Assembly: GCA_965197745.1 (NCBI GenBank)
Contig: CBDANS010000007.1
Coordinates: 2,078,215 to 2,142,214, forward strand
Reading direction: 5' to 3'
Length of the DNA stretch: 64,000 bases
Source: Opitutales bacterium
GTDB taxonomy: Bacteria; Verrucomicrobiota; Verrucomicrobiia; Opitutales; PNEW01
In this document: in pieces, positions 52,836 to 63,570 of the stretch
Layout of the letters: each line of letters opens with the position of its first letter
Numbering within the stretch: the stretch's first letter is position 1
Notes under the pieces: generated by a model
What the model was told of the DNA's origin: nothing
Database searches by the model: none
Seen by the model: the letters and a program-made list of their open reading frames with translations, nothing else
Position numbers and translations under genes: made by a program

Positions 52836-53519
52836 ATGTATTTATGGGTTGGATTTATGAGAGACCCTGTTTTAGGGTATTTTGCAGTGATTCTAAAACT
52901 GCTCGGGCTTATTAACCAATTGTCCTATATAACCTAAGCAATCTTAGATGTGTCCGTTTACTTTCTGCAAGCAGACGGAAATACGTTTATACGGGTATGA
53001 GTCATATTCATATTAAAGAAGTCGAAAATTTAAATAACGTAACAGCTATATGGGTTAATTGTTACGCTCACCCACGGTAAATTAGATACTTTTAGTTTTT
53101 TTCTGTTTCTTAATTAACAGCAGTGTCGATGGAGTAGCATCCTCGCTTGAGTAAAAAACTCAAGACACTTTTTATTATCTTATTAAAGCAACAAATAATT
53201 AAATTAATAAAATTTTCTCTAAAGTAAATATAAAAATGTAATGACTTATTAAATAAGTGCAATAACAAAATTAAAAAAAAATAAATAAATATTTTATCAT
53301 TTTTTTATATAAAAGTTAGTGTGTTTTCTTTTTTTATTTTAAAGCAAAAACTTTTTTTTGAAAAAATAAAAAGTGCATACCAACAATAAAACATTCACAA
53401 TATAAGAAATTTTTTATTTTAAATAGGTTATTATACCTAATTACACCTATTATCGAACGAAAGATAAGACATTGTATATTGTCATTTAAAATGTATATGT
53501 ACATAAATATAGTTTTACC

Positions 53520-54650
53520 ATGGCAGATGTAGTTCTAAAAGAATTAATAAAAGATTATACTGACGGGAAAAAAAATTCGATCCGCGCAGTAAATAAAATT
53601 AATCTTAAGGTCAATGATCGCGAATTTATGGTCCTTGTAGGACCATCTGGCTGTGGCAAGTCAACTACCCTGCGGATGATCGCCGGGTTGGAGGAAATCT
53701 CGGATGGCACCGTGAACATCGGGAACAAGGAAGTTAATAATGTTCTTCCGAAAGATCGTGATATTGCGATGGTTTTTCAGAATTACGCGCTCTATCCGCA
53801 TATGAGCGTCTATGATAATATGGCTTTTGGGTTGAAATTGATGAAACATCCTAAAAGTGAAATTAAAAAGAGAGTCGACGATGCTGCGGCCATATTGGGA
53901 ATAGAGGAACTCCTCGATCGCAAACCCAAAGCCCTGTCCGGAGGGCAACGTCAACGTGTTGCTGTGGGACGTGCCATTGTGAGGAAACCCAAAGTTTTCT
54001 TATTCGATGAACCTTTATCGAATCTCGATGCCAAAATGCGCGTATCGATGCGTACGGAAATCTCAAGATTACATGCGCGGCTTGCGACGACAATGATTTA
54101 TGTCACCCACGACCAGGTAGAAGCAATGACTATGGGAGATCGCATCACGGTAATGAAAGATGGTGATATTATGCAGGTGGCAGAACCATTGGAGCTTTAC
54201 AACCATCCTGAGTCGTTGTTTGTCGCTGGCTTTATCGGGAGTCCTCCCATGAATTTCTTCAAAGGAAAACTTTCCCAGCAGGACAACAAGATATTATTTA
54301 GAGAAGACAACGATAGCGATACACCCATGACCTTAAGATTGGACGACAATTTATCGCGAAAAGCTTCAAATTATGTAGGTAAAGAGGTGATATTTGGCAT
54401 TCGCCCTGAAGATATAAGTGATGTGCTCAACGTGCCTCAACCGTCATTGGAACAAACGGTGGAAGCTATGGTGGAAGTCTCTGAACCAATGGGGTCAGAA
54501 ACCTATCTTTATCTGGATACCGGCGCAAATGCATTTATTGCAAAAGTGAGAAGCACCGACCGTTATAAAATAAATCAGAAGATCAAGTTACACTTTAATC
54601 TCGAACGCGCTCACTTCTTTGATACGGATACCCATCAAGTCCTCAAGTGA
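53520..54650 (+). CDS. Sugar ABC transporter ATP-binding protein (MalK/UgpC/MsmX type)
   Basis: [44 protein letters not shown]-terminus. Confidence 0.95.
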   Translation: MADVVLKELIKDYTDGKKNSIRAVNKINLKVNDREFMVLVGPSGCGKSTTLRMIAGLEEISDGTVNIGNKEVNNVLPKDRDIAMVFQNYALYPHMSVYDNMAFGLKLMKHPKSEIKKRVDDAAAILGIEELLDRKPKALSGGQRQRVAVGRAIVRKPKVFLFDEPLSNLDAKMRVSMRTEISRLHARLATTMIYVTHDQVEAMTMGDRITVMKDGDIMQVAEPLELYNHPESLFVAGFIGSPPMNFFKGKLSQQDNKILFREDNDSDTPMTLRLDDNLSRKASNYVGKEVIFGIRPEDISDVLNVPQPSLEQTVEAMVEVSEPMGSETYLYLDTGANAFIAKVRSTDRYKINQKIKLHFNLERAHFFDTDTHQVLK

Positions 54651-54697
54651 TATTCCCGTTAATAAATTGTCACTTCTCGATTAAATAACAAATCAGA

Positions 54698-55576
54698 TTA
54701 CTTGAGTAATTTGAATTTATCCAGTGAAACCGGGTTTGTATCCAGGTCTAATGGTTGAGAAGCAAAATATTTGCCCGGTAAATTTAAATTAAATGCGGCG
54801 GCAACCACCGTAAATCGTGTTTTATCTCTGGAGCGCTCATCGAAGAGATCTATGCTCTTCGGTATCCACTCGTTCTCCACTTTCTTAAAGCTGATAATTT
54901 TAAATGTTTTCGCCGGGATACCGTCACTATCCATTATTTCAATTTTTACCGGTACCTTGAATTTGACATCTAAAGATAATCGTACAACCCCAAAATCCGG
55001 GTTTTCTTTTTTTAAAGAATCCGGCGGATAAAACACATAGGTGTAGACTGAGCGTCCTTTTGTTCGATCATAACCTTCATAGATATAATTATCCCAGTAG
55101 ATAAATGGCATCTGTAAATCAAAGGGGGTATATACAAGTCCGGCAAATAATGGATAAAAGAGTTCCTTGTCACTCAATTTCCTGAATTTTACTTCATTGT
55201 CGTCATCAATCTGGGATATGACATAAGGTTCATTTCCATTTTTCACGATCAGGTTTCGCGTGTCTTTGTCTTCTGTGCCGACTGCCGTCAGACGTACTCT
55301 ATTAAGGGGTCCTGAATTAACCCAGGTGCCCCACAGCTGCCCTTTAAAGAGAGAACTGCGTCCTCTCCTCGGCATGTGTTTTAATTCGATAAGAAAACTA
55401 AAATCTCCCGACCAGCGAAAACTGCGAAATGATTCTAAAGCGGCATGACCTTTTGCCCGTTCATCAATATCTGGTTCCAGGAATTGTGATTCAGATTTCT
55501 CCTTTAATTGTGCGGCAAGGCTTGAACTTAAAACGGATACACTTATCAGCAATATACTATATTGCATCTTCCCCAT
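54698..55576 (-). CDS. Outer-membrane lipoprotein-sorting (LolA-like) protein
   Basis: Signal peptide after MGKMQ; YTPFDLQMPF; FKKVENEWIPKSIDL...KT. Confidence 0.7.
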   Translation of the reverse strand: MGKMQYSILLISVSVLSSSLAAQLKEKSESQFLEPDIDERAKGHAALESFRSFRWSGDFSFLIELKHMPRRGRSSLFKGQLWGTWVNSGPLNRVRLTAVGTEDKDTRNLIVKNGNEPYVISQIDDDNEVKFRKLSDKELFYPLFAGLVYTPFDLQMPFIYWDNYIYEGYDRTKGRSVYTYVFYPPDSLKKENPDFGVVRLSLDVKFKVPVKIEIMDSDGIPAKTFKIISFKKVENEWIPKSIDLFDERSRDKTRFTVVAAAFNLNLPGKYFASQPLDLDTNPVSLDKFKLLK

Positions 55577-55616
55577 TGCAGACCCCAAAGCATTTGCCCG
55601 GTTCCTCTGCAATAAA

Positions 55617-56069
55617 TTATGGCTTTTCACCCTTTTCACCTTCTGATACTTCACTCTCATAGGTAGACTGAGAGTCAGAAGAAGGTGAGGATATTGAAGC
55701 ATCATCATTAAAGAGTGCTTCATTCACGATAATTGAATCGCTCTCCTCATCATCAAAAACAGTCGCGCTTGCATTTTCCGTCTGCAATTCAGGTAATGCC
55801 GCGCCGGAATTTTCCGCTTGGTCAAGACTCGCCATGTAACCTAAGTAGAGTCCGAGACATATAACAAAAAAAGCGATGGCCGCATAAATGGTTCCTTTGG
55901 TAAGAACATTAACCGTATCCGCACCAAAAGTAGACTCAGCGACACCCCCTCCCAAGGCGGCACCCATTCCCGCATTGGCACTCGCCTTTTGCATCAGAAT
56001 GATTAAAATCAGGAACAAGCTGACAAGCAAGAGGATCAGGGTAAATAGAGTGATGAGAATATCAGCCAT
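55617..56069 (-). CDS. secG: Preprotein translocase SecG with acidic tail
   Basis: LILIILMQ...[14 protein letters not shown]...VLTKGT. Confidence 0.92.
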   Translation of the reverse strand: MADILITLFTLILLLVSLFLILIILMQKASANAGMGAALGGGVAESTFGADTVNVLTKGTIYAAIAFFVICLGLYLGYMASLDQAENSGAALPELQTENASATVFDDEESDSIIVNEALFNDDASISSPSSDSQSTYESEVSEGEKGEKP

Positions 56070-56180
56070 AAGATTTATAAAAAGCGCTAAGGTTAAAGAT
56101 TATAGAAAATAAATCTGGGATAATACGTCGATGAACTCAAGCAAAATTAAAACCCATGACATCATAAACCCCAGGTAAAC

Positions 56181-57498
56181 TGATCGGGTTACGTAAACTG
56201 GTCCACCGAGAGAGTTAGTCTGGAGAGGTTAATGTTGAAGTTAAGTTGGTAGAGGAAGTCAAGGCTTGGGCGCAATGAGGGCGTAGCCCGAATGGAGCCC
56301 AAGCCTTCGGTATTAATGTCTTCAGCGAAGCACCGTGGGGTGATATTGCCGAGGCTGCGGTGGGGTCGGACATTATTGTAAAGCCAGCGCCAGTCCTCGA
56401 TCACCACGCGGGCTTCGGTCAAAGTCCATAGCTGTTCACGGTTTAAACACTCCTCGCGAAAACGGGCATGCAACGATTCGATGTATCCGTTCTGCCAAGG
56501 GCTTCCTGGTTCGATATAGAGGGTTTTGATTTTCATCGCAGTTAGCCAGGCTCTCAATTCCTTTTCAATGAATGGCTTCGCATGTCGTCGCTTCGCTCCT
56601 CGGAACGGAACCGTTGTCACTGCGAATATATTGTGGCGGCCCATGACGGGCAAGCAGTTTTTGCATGATACCGCGCACCGTTTCCGCATTGATATGGCGA
56701 TCAACATGGATCACCCGGCACTCGCGGGTGTACTCATCGAGCACGGTCAACATTTTTAAACTGCCACCGCGGACCGTCTTATCGTGGATAAAATCCCAGG
56801 TCCAAACATGGCCGGGATGTTCGGCCTTGGTCGGCAGCCCGGTGGAAACACCCCTGCCCCGACGTCTTGGCTTGCGTTGGGGGATCGCCAAGCCCAGTTC
56901 GCGTCGTAGACCTTGCACGAGACGTTTACCCACCTCCCAGCCTTCGTCTTTCAACAGCTTCGTGATCTTCGGATAGCCCCACCTGGCATATTGCCGTGAT
57001 AACCGCCTTACTGCCGCCTTCAGTTTCATTAACCAAGCATCCGGATGCTTCGCCTTATACGCATAGGTGGAACGGTGCAGCCGAAAGTACCGGCACCCCG
57101 CTCGCATCGAACACTGGCCCCGAGCCACAAGTCTCTCTGCCACTTGCCGCTTGTGCCCAGGGCTTACAGTTTTTTTTCGAGGGTCTCCTGCAGGATCTCT
57201 ATCCCCAGCATCTTGTCCGCCAGCATCCGTTTTAACCGCGCGTTCTCCTTCAAAGAGTTCCTTCATCCGCTTGGCCTGGTCGACATCAATCATCCCAAAC
57301 TCACGCTTCCAGCGGTGGAAAGTCTGTTCGCTAATGTTGTTCTCGCGGCATGCTTCCAGGATCGTTTTCCCTTTGTCCGCCTGCCGCAGCATCCGTATTT
57401 TCTCTTCAGTTGTGTATCTTTTGCCTTTCATTGTCTGAGTCCTTTCTAGGTTACCCAGACTAACTTTTCAAGTGGACCAGTTTTCGTGGTCACGACCA
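56181..57498 (-). mobile_element. IS3-family (IS407-like) element, degraded
   Basis: TG...CA ends; ~44-bp imperfect TIRs sharing AAACTGGTCCAC and AGTTAGTCTGG; 4-bp TSD AAAC at 56177-80 and 57499-502. Confidence 0.92.
56189..57431 (-). pseudogene. IS3 transposase orfAB with two lesions
   Basis: orfA HTH MKGKRYTTEE; WTWDF, DEYTRE, RSDNG, PWQNGYIES motifs; +1 T near 57253; ~31-nt insertion after RSDNGS shifts the frame. Confidence 0.88.
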
Positions 57499-57527
57499 AA
57501 ACCTTAAAGGTAACGGCAATTATTCAA

Positions 57528-58541
57528 TCACTGGGCTAATTGAAGTTTCTCCAATATTCTTTGCAGATCTTCATTGCCATAATATTCTATAACAATTTTC
57601 CCTTTTTTCGATGTATGCCGCACGAGAACTTTCGTATTCAGCTGAGAAGAGATTTTCTTTTCTAAATCTTGAACGGCGACACTTTCGGATTCCGTCATGG
57701 GGCGCGTTGAAATAGATACTACCTTGCTGCTTTTCACCTTCTTAGTGAGTCTCTCCGTCTCTCTCACACTTAAGCCCTCTTCAATTATACGCCGCGCGAG
57801 AATTAGACGCTGTTCCTGATCATCAATTCCGAGAAGCGCTTTTGCCTGCCCCGCTGACATTAGCCCCATGCTGAGAAATCCCTGGATTTCTTCTTCCAGT
57901 TGCAACAACCGCAGCGAATTTGCCACGGTTGCCCTACCCTTTCCCACTCGCTCAGATACTCTTTCCTGGGTAAGATCAAAATCGCGAATTAAACTCGCAT
58001 AACCTAATGCCTCGTCAACTGGATTTAGCCCCTCACGCTGCAGGTTCTCAATCATGGTCATTACCGCGGATGATGAGTCGCTTGCTTTCATCACACGCGC
58101 GGGGATCGTTCTAAGGTTAAGTTCTTTACAGGCACGAAATCGCCTTTCCCCGGCAATAATCTCGAAGCCGTCACCCTTATTTCTAACAACGATTGGCTGC
58201 AGTAATCCTTCTGAACGTATACTGTCGGCAAGCTCACTGATTTGCTCGAGATTGATCACTCGCCGCGGCTGATAAGGATTTGTTTGAATCTTAGATAGAG
58301 GGATTTCTAAAAAACCATTTTCGCTGACAGTCCGATGGTCTTTTTTTTCGGATATTCTTTGTCCCTTTGTATTATTGGATTGTGAACGTGCCCCTTTTAC
58401 GATCCCGGCCTTTTTTACGGATTTCTTCTTTGTCGCTTTAGGGATAGTCTTCCTCTTCTTTACTTTTTTCTTAGATTTGCTTATCCCTCGACTGATAAGG
58501 CTGTCTAACCCGCGGCCCAGTCTCTTCTTTGATTTAGCCAT
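57528..58541 (-). CDS. parB: ParB/Spo0J partition protein
   Basis: LGRGLDSLI, NPYQPR, GLLQPIVVR, IAGERRFRA, IENLQRE. Confidence 0.95.
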   Translation of the reverse strand: MAKSKKRLGRGLDSLISRGISKSKKKVKKRKTIPKATKKKSVKKAGIVKGARSQSNNTKGQRISEKKDHRTVSENGFLEIPLSKIQTNPYQPRRVINLEQISELADSIRSEGLLQPIVVRNKGDGFEIIAGERRFRACKELNLRTIPARVMKASDSSSAVMTMIENLQREGLNPVDEALGYASLIRDFDLTQERVSERVGKGRATVANSLRLLQLEEEIQGFLSMGLMSAGQAKALLGIDDQEQRLILARRIIEEGLSVRETERLTKKVKSSKVVSISTRPMTESESVAVQDLEKKISSQLNTKVLVRHTSKKGKIVIEYYGNEDLQRILEKLQLAQ

Positions 58542-58548
58542 TGAATTG

Positions 58549-59217
58549 TTACTCTGATTTTGGCACAAAAATTGTACGCCCTACCTGTAATTTGCTGGGA
58601 TCGGTAATGCGGTTGGCATTTTGAATATCACTCACGGTGGAATTGAAGCGTCGCGCAATTTCTGAAAGGGTGTCACCGCTTTGTACCGTATAAGCTACAC
58701 CCTCTTTGGAATAGTCATCAGAAAACTGGATTGTGGGATCGACAACCGGTTGCGCTTCAATCGACTCAGCCAGGGCTTTCAGTGCACTCTCCGTCTGTAT
58801 CGCCAATCGCTCCATCAATTGACTGACCTCGCTGATGATGGAATTCTTTTGTTTTGTATCATTATTGATGAGATCCTGACTGAGTTCATTAAGCGCTCCA
58901 GAGAGCTCAGACTTAGTTACGTATTGATTATCTTTATCTGCTTTCTCTCCCAGCTCCACCCGAAGTTCAGCATTTTCCCGGTTAAGCTGCTCAACCAGCA
59001 TCTCAAGACGCGCGACTTTGGCTTGAAGCATATTTATATCTGAACTGAGATTTGCCAACTTAATTTGAGAAATATCAGTCGACGGACTCGGGTATTTCCC
59101 TGACGATGCTCCGCTCTCTTTCCCCTCTAATAATGCTTTGGGAAAAACCAGCAGAACGAACAATAAGGATACCACTATACTTATTTTACCGGTAATTGCT
59201 AAAAAGGGTAAGTTCAT
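58549..59217 (-). CDS. LysM peptidoglycan-binding coiled-coil protein
   Basis: N-terminal TM/signal, coiled coil, YTVQSGDTLSEIARRF...ANRI...LQVG. Confidence 0.9.
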   Translation of the reverse strand: MNLPFLAITGKISIVVSLLFVLLVFPKALLEGKESGASSGKYPSPSTDISQIKLANLSSDINMLQAKVARLEMLVEQLNRENAELRVELGEKADKDNQYVTKSELSGALNELSQDLINNDTKQKNSIISEVSQLMERLAIQTESALKALAESIEAQPVVDPTIQFSDDYSKEGVAYTVQSGDTLSEIARRFNSTVSDIQNANRITDPSKLQVGRTIFVPKSE

Positions 59218-59313
59218 AAAATATAAATAATACCTAACCATTCCTCTTGGACAGAAAATAAGTCTCAATGATTCAAAGAAAAGTTAAAAATATTCAAGAT
59301 TTAGTGTGAGATT

Positions 59314-60327
59314 CTAATTCCCACGGGGTTCTGTAGTGGCTTTTTTTATTTTCGGAAATGGTGTTGCTGAAACGAGAGGCAGCATCTTCGTATGCGGCAA
59401 AACGGTGCCCCTCTCTATCTTCAGCCCTCTCAGAAATGCGGGAGCCGATACCATGCGACCCCCCGGGCGTTGTAATTCAAGCATCCGCAGTATGCCAGAT
59501 TGTGCACTCACACAGAAGGCTCCCTTATCTTCTCCCAACACGATGCCCGCGCCGGATGCGTAATTGTCACTGTCAGCTTCGGCACGTCCGATTTTGATTC
59601 GCTGATTGTTGAATTTAAAAAAACAGCCCGGCCAAATTTTCAGCGCCCGGATACGATTAACCAATTCGAGAGCCGAGACATGAAAATTGAGCGCCCCATC
59701 TTCCTTTTTTAATAAACGGGTATAAGTGGCTTCCTTAGGATTTTGCGGAATTAATCCCGTATTTCTTTCAATTAGACCTCGTAAATTTCTTCGTATCAGG
59801 GGAACAGACGCTGCTGCAATTTTATCACTTAAAGACAATACATCATCGTTCAATTCTATATTTACCTTTTCATTATCCATCATCGGTCCGGCATCGAGTT
59901 CGGGAACTACCCGCATGAGAGTGATGCCGGTAACTGAATCTCCTGAGGCAATGGCTGCCGGGATGGGTGATGCTCCACGGTAGGCAGGTAAGATGGACGC
60001 GTGTAAATTTAGCACTCCCAGGGGTGGCGTATTTAAAAGATCAGCCCTGAGGATACGGCCATACGCCATTACGATGACAAGATCACAGTCCTCTTTCCGT
60101 AACCACTCGCAGATATCACTTCCCAATTTCACAGGCTGCAACACCGTGATTTTATTTTCTTCAGCCCAATCCTTAATTGGATTGACCTGTTTTTTCATTC
60201 CCCGGCCAGATCGCCTGTCAGGTTGTGTAATTACACCCTTTAAAATTACTTTATCCCTGAGATGCCCTACCAAGTCCTCCAAAATAGGTATAGCGATTGC
60301 ATCAGAACCCATAAAAACTGTATTCAC
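59314..60327 (-). CDS. fmt: Methionyl-tRNA formyltransferase
   Basis: VFMGS, TQPDR..GRG, NLHASILPAYRGASPI, LDAG. Confidence 0.96.
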   Translation of the reverse strand: MNTVFMGSDAIAIPILEDLVGHLRDKVILKGVITQPDRRSGRGMKKQVNPIKDWAEENKITVLQPVKLGSDICEWLRKEDCDLVIVMAYGRILRADLLNTPPLGVLNLHASILPAYRGASPIPAAIASGDSVTGITLMRVVPELDAGPMMDNEKVNIELNDDVLSLSDKIAAASVPLIRRNLRGLIERNTGLIPQNPKEATYTRLLKKEDGALNFHVSALELVNRIRALKIWPGCFFKFNNQRIKIGRAEADSDNYASGAGIVLGEDKGAFCVSAQSGILRMLELQRPGGRMVSAPAFLRGLKIERGTVLPHTKMLPLVSATPFPKIKKATTEPRGN

Positions 60328-60340
60328 GACACCTCGCTCT

Positions 60341-61759
60341 CTAACCTTTATGTGCTAATTTTAAATTGCCTGCCGATTTATCACGGGTGGACTTGCCGAC
60401 GAGCTCAATCTTCACTGGACAGCCTTGCAATTTATACTCGGCTAAAATGCTGGATTGTAAAAATCGCCGATAACTGTCATCTAATTTTGCTGCCTGGTTG
60501 CAATAGAGGCGAATACGATGCGGGTGATTGCCAGTTTGCACCGCGTAATAAACTTTAAATCTCCGCCCCTTTATTACTCTAGGCTCCCTACGCTTTAGAA
60601 TAGTTGCGAGAAACCGATTGAGTTGGGGTGTAGCGAGGACACGGCGTGATGTCTGGTCTAAAGATCGCGCGGTCTCAAATATTTCTTCCAGAGCATATCC
60701 GGTCTTTGCGGAGACAAAGAGCACCGGGCTCCCTGGAAGGAAAAAGAGTTCTTTTTTTACGGCCCTCGTAAAATCATGGCGAAACTTCTCTTCATTATCA
60801 TAACCCCGAATAGGATTTCGCACAAAGGCTTCCAGCGCATAATCCCATTTATTAACTAAGACAGCAATACTACTCCCCGAATCTACGATTTTACCGGCCA
60901 GTAATTTATCCTGCTTTGTCACTCCCGTTTTTGCGTCCAGGACTAAAAAGACGACATCGGACCGCTCAATAGCATGATGGGATCTAACCGATGAAAAAAA
61001 TTCAATCGAAGTATTAACTTTATTTTTTTTTCGAAGACCGGCGGTATCGATAAGGCTGAAGGGCCAGCACGTATTTTCAGATTTATGGTAGTCAAATTCG
61101 ATTTCTATAGCATCTCTAGTCGTCCCTGGAGTTTCATTTACAATTAACCTTTCCGAATGGATTAAACTATTGCAAAGTGATGATTTGCCCACATTAGGCC
61201 TCCCCAGAAAAGAAAGAGTAATTCGCGGATTTTCTTCATCTCTCGAAGTGGAAGCTTTTGGACCTAAAAAGGAATCAATCTGAGACCGAAGATTATCTAT
61301 GCCACGACCATGCTCGGCGGAAATCATAATCCCTTCACCAAAACCAAGGCGGGCAAACTCCCCCGCTTCTAACTCAAGCCCTGGTGAATCTATTTTATTA
61401 ATCACTAATAAAGGTCTCTTTCCATCAGCACGGAGCATATCCACGATAAATTCGTCAAGGGTCGTAAGTCCCTCGCGACCATCCACCAGTAATAAAATTA
61501 AATCAGATGCTTGAATCGCGAAATTCACCTGTTCATCTACCGCTCTTTTTAAATCCTGATTATCATCATCTACGGCCAGACCAATCCCCCCCGTGTCAAG
61601 GAGCATGTATTTATCATCGACCATAATACTATTGACATCTCGCGTCACCCCTGCCTGGTCGTGCACAATGGCAACACGCGTATTGCCCAGGCGGTTGAAG
61701 AGCCGGCTCTTGCCCACATTGGGCCGGCCAATAATAGCAACATGACGATTACTTTCCAT
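60341..61759 (-). CDS. der: Ribosome biogenesis GTPase Der (EngA)
   Basis: Two GRPNVGKS motifs, GVTRD/GTTRD, DTAGLR, NKWD. Confidence 0.97.
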   Translation of the reverse strand: MESNRHVAIIGRPNVGKSRLFNRLGNTRVAIVHDQAGVTRDVNSIMVDDKYMLLDTGGIGLAVDDDNQDLKRAVDEQVNFAIQASDLILLLVDGREGLTTLDEFIVDMLRADGKRPLLVINKIDSPGLELEAGEFARLGFGEGIMISAEHGRGIDNLRSQIDSFLGPKASTSRDEENPRITLSFLGRPNVGKSSLCNSLIHSERLIVNETPGTTRDAIEIEFDYHKSENTCWPFSLIDTAGLRKKNKVNTSIEFFSSVRSHHAIERSDVVFLVLDAKTGVTKQDKLLAGKIVDSGSSIAVLVNKWDYALEAFVRNPIRGYDNEEKFRHDFTRAVKKELFFLPGSPVLFVSAKTGYALEEIFETARSLDQTSRRVLATPQLNRFLATILKRREPRVIKGRRFKVYYAVQTGNHPHRIRLYCNQAAKLDDSYRRFLQSSILAEYKLQGCPVKIELVGKSTRDKSAGNLKLAHKG

Positions 61760-62930
61760 GGGAGAGACTATCAACGAAACGTTCTATACGGCCTGTTGCT
61801 TCAATAAGCCGCTCATAACTGGTGGAGAAACTGGCCCGCACAAATCCTCTTCCCTGTTTACCAAAAGCGGTGCCGGGCACAACCGCAACTTTATCCTCAT
61901 GAAGGAGGCGATGGGCAAATTCAATTTCATTTAACCCTGTCGATTCAATACAGGGAAAGGCGTAAAAAGTGCCTTTGGGGATATGGCATGATAAACCGGA
62001 TTCATTAAAACGACGCACGATATAATTACGGCGTTTCAGGTATTGTTCAAACATCTTACGGACACTGACATCACCGTGCTTGAGGGCCTCAATGGCCGCT
62101 TCCTGACTGATAATCGGCGCACACATCATACTATACTGATGCACTTTCATCATCGCTTCAATAAGCGCTAAAGAAGCGCAGGCATATCCGAGTCGAAATC
62201 CTGTCATGGCAAAAGCTTTGGAGACTCCATGAAGAAAAATAGTTCGATCTTTCATTCCTGGAAGGGCGGCAATGCTCACATGTTTCCCTTCAAAAGTCAG
62301 TTCAGCGTAAATTTCGTCGCTGATCACAAGAAGATCTTTGTCTACAGCAAAACGGGCAATTTTCTCTAACTTTTCGCTCTCCATTACTCCCCCAGTAGGG
62401 TTAGTAGGAAAATTGAGAAGAAGCGCTTTGCATCCCGGCTGCCAGGAGTTGACCACTGCCTCAGGATCAAGTGAGAAATCATCTTTCTTGTATGTCGGAA
62501 TCGCTATAGCTTCGCCGTGCGCTAAAGTTACCCCAGGATGATAGGATACATAACAGGGTTCGTGATATAAAACTTTATCTCCCGGATTGATAATTGCGCG
62601 CAAAGTAATGTCTAAAGCTTCAGAAACACCGGTCGTTATGAGAATTTCATTTTCAGGATTATAACTTAACCCAAAATGGGACTCCAGATAGTTTGCGATC
62701 ACTTTTCTCAATTCGATGAGCCCGAGATTATCGGTATAGCTCGTTTTACCCCGTTCAAGAGCAAATATTGCCGCTTCACGAATCTGCCAGGGTGTGATGA
62801 AATCCGGTTCGCCAATACCCAGCGAAATCGCATCCGGCAATTGGGAGACAATGGCGAAGAAATCGCGAATTCCGGAACGCGGCAACCCTTCGACATGGTT
62901 AGCCACATACTTTGAACTATTTTGATTCAT
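61749..62930 (-). CDS. PLP-dependent aminotransferase class I/II
   Basis: SGIRDFF, SLGIGEPDF, NPTG, SDEIY, SKAFAMTGFRLGY. Confidence 0.95.
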   Translation of the reverse strand: MNQNSSKYVANHVEGLPRSGIRDFFAIVSQLPDAISLGIGEPDFITPWQIREAAIFALERGKTSYTDNLGLIELRKVIANYLESHFGLSYNPENEILITTGVSEALDITLRAIINPGDKVLYHEPCYVSYHPGVTLAHGEAIAIPTYKKDDFSLDPEAVVNSWQPGCKALLLNFPTNPTGGVMESEKLEKIARFAVDKDLLVISDEIYAELTFEGKHVSIAALPGMKDRTIFLHGVSKAFAMTGFRLGYACASLALIEAMMKVHQYSMMCAPIISQEAAIEALKHGDVSVRKMFEQYLKRRNYIVRRFNESGLSCHIPKGTFYAFPCIESTGLNEIEFAHRLLHEDKVAVVPGTAFGKQGRGFVRASFSTSYERLIEATGRIERFVDSLSHGK

Positions 62931-63412
62931 TACGGACTGATGACAGGTTTATCAGAATCTTGTCTTTCAGAGCCAAGGGTATAACCCTGTTCTTTGTAGG
63001 CCCGTAATAGGAAATGGGTTGCCGTAGACAGGACGCCGGTGAGGGTGGCTAATTTTTCCGATACGAAAGCAGCCACCTCGTGAAGATTATCTCCCTTTAC
63101 AATCACGAGAAGATCATAGCCACCCGACATCAGGTAGCAGGATTCTACTTCAGAGAATCGGCTGATGCGTTCTGAGGTGCGATCAAACCCTCCTTCTCGT
63201 TCAGGTCTTATCTTTACTTCAATGACTGCGCGTACGCGATCGGATTCTACCGCTTGAGGGTTTAAAATAGGGCGCCATCCGAGAAGAATATTTTCGTCTC
63301 TAAGTTTTTTCAGCTCCTTTTCAACGGAAGATTCATCCATGCCTAAAATCTCCCCAATTTGAGTGGTGGTGAGACTTTCACCTTCGAGCAAGGTTTTAAG
63401 AATTTCGTTCAT
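62930..63412 (-). CDS. Lrp/AsnC-family regulator
   Basis: N-terminal HTH; CYLMSGGYDL; STATHF; translationally coupled to the aminotransferase. Confidence 0.93.
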   Translation of the reverse strand: MNEILKTLLEGESLTTTQIGEILGMDESSVEKELKKLRDENILLGWRPILNPQAVESDRVRAVIEVKIRPEREGGFDRTSERISRFSEVESCYLMSGGYDLLVIVKGDNLHEVAAFVSEKLATLTGVLSTATHFLLRAYKEQGYTLGSERQDSDKPVISP

Positions 63413-63570
63413 AATAAATTTGACTGTTAAATTGAAAGTTTAATGGTAAGCGATCCATGTGAGGTATCAACAGGATTACATCGTAAAGCATTATCTATTC
63501 AAAAATTTTATCTTCAGGCAATACCAATCAGCAGCAACTACCCTGCTATAAATATACCTATCTTCTTTGT

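Noticed and set aside
52582..52860. Phe/Ala/Leu-rich 92-aa 'membrane' ORF
   Set aside because: Reverse-complement shadow of the Lys/Ala repeat gene
54698..55723. Long N-terminal extension of the LolA-like ORF
   Set aside because: Overlaps secG; the signal peptide begins at 55576/55567
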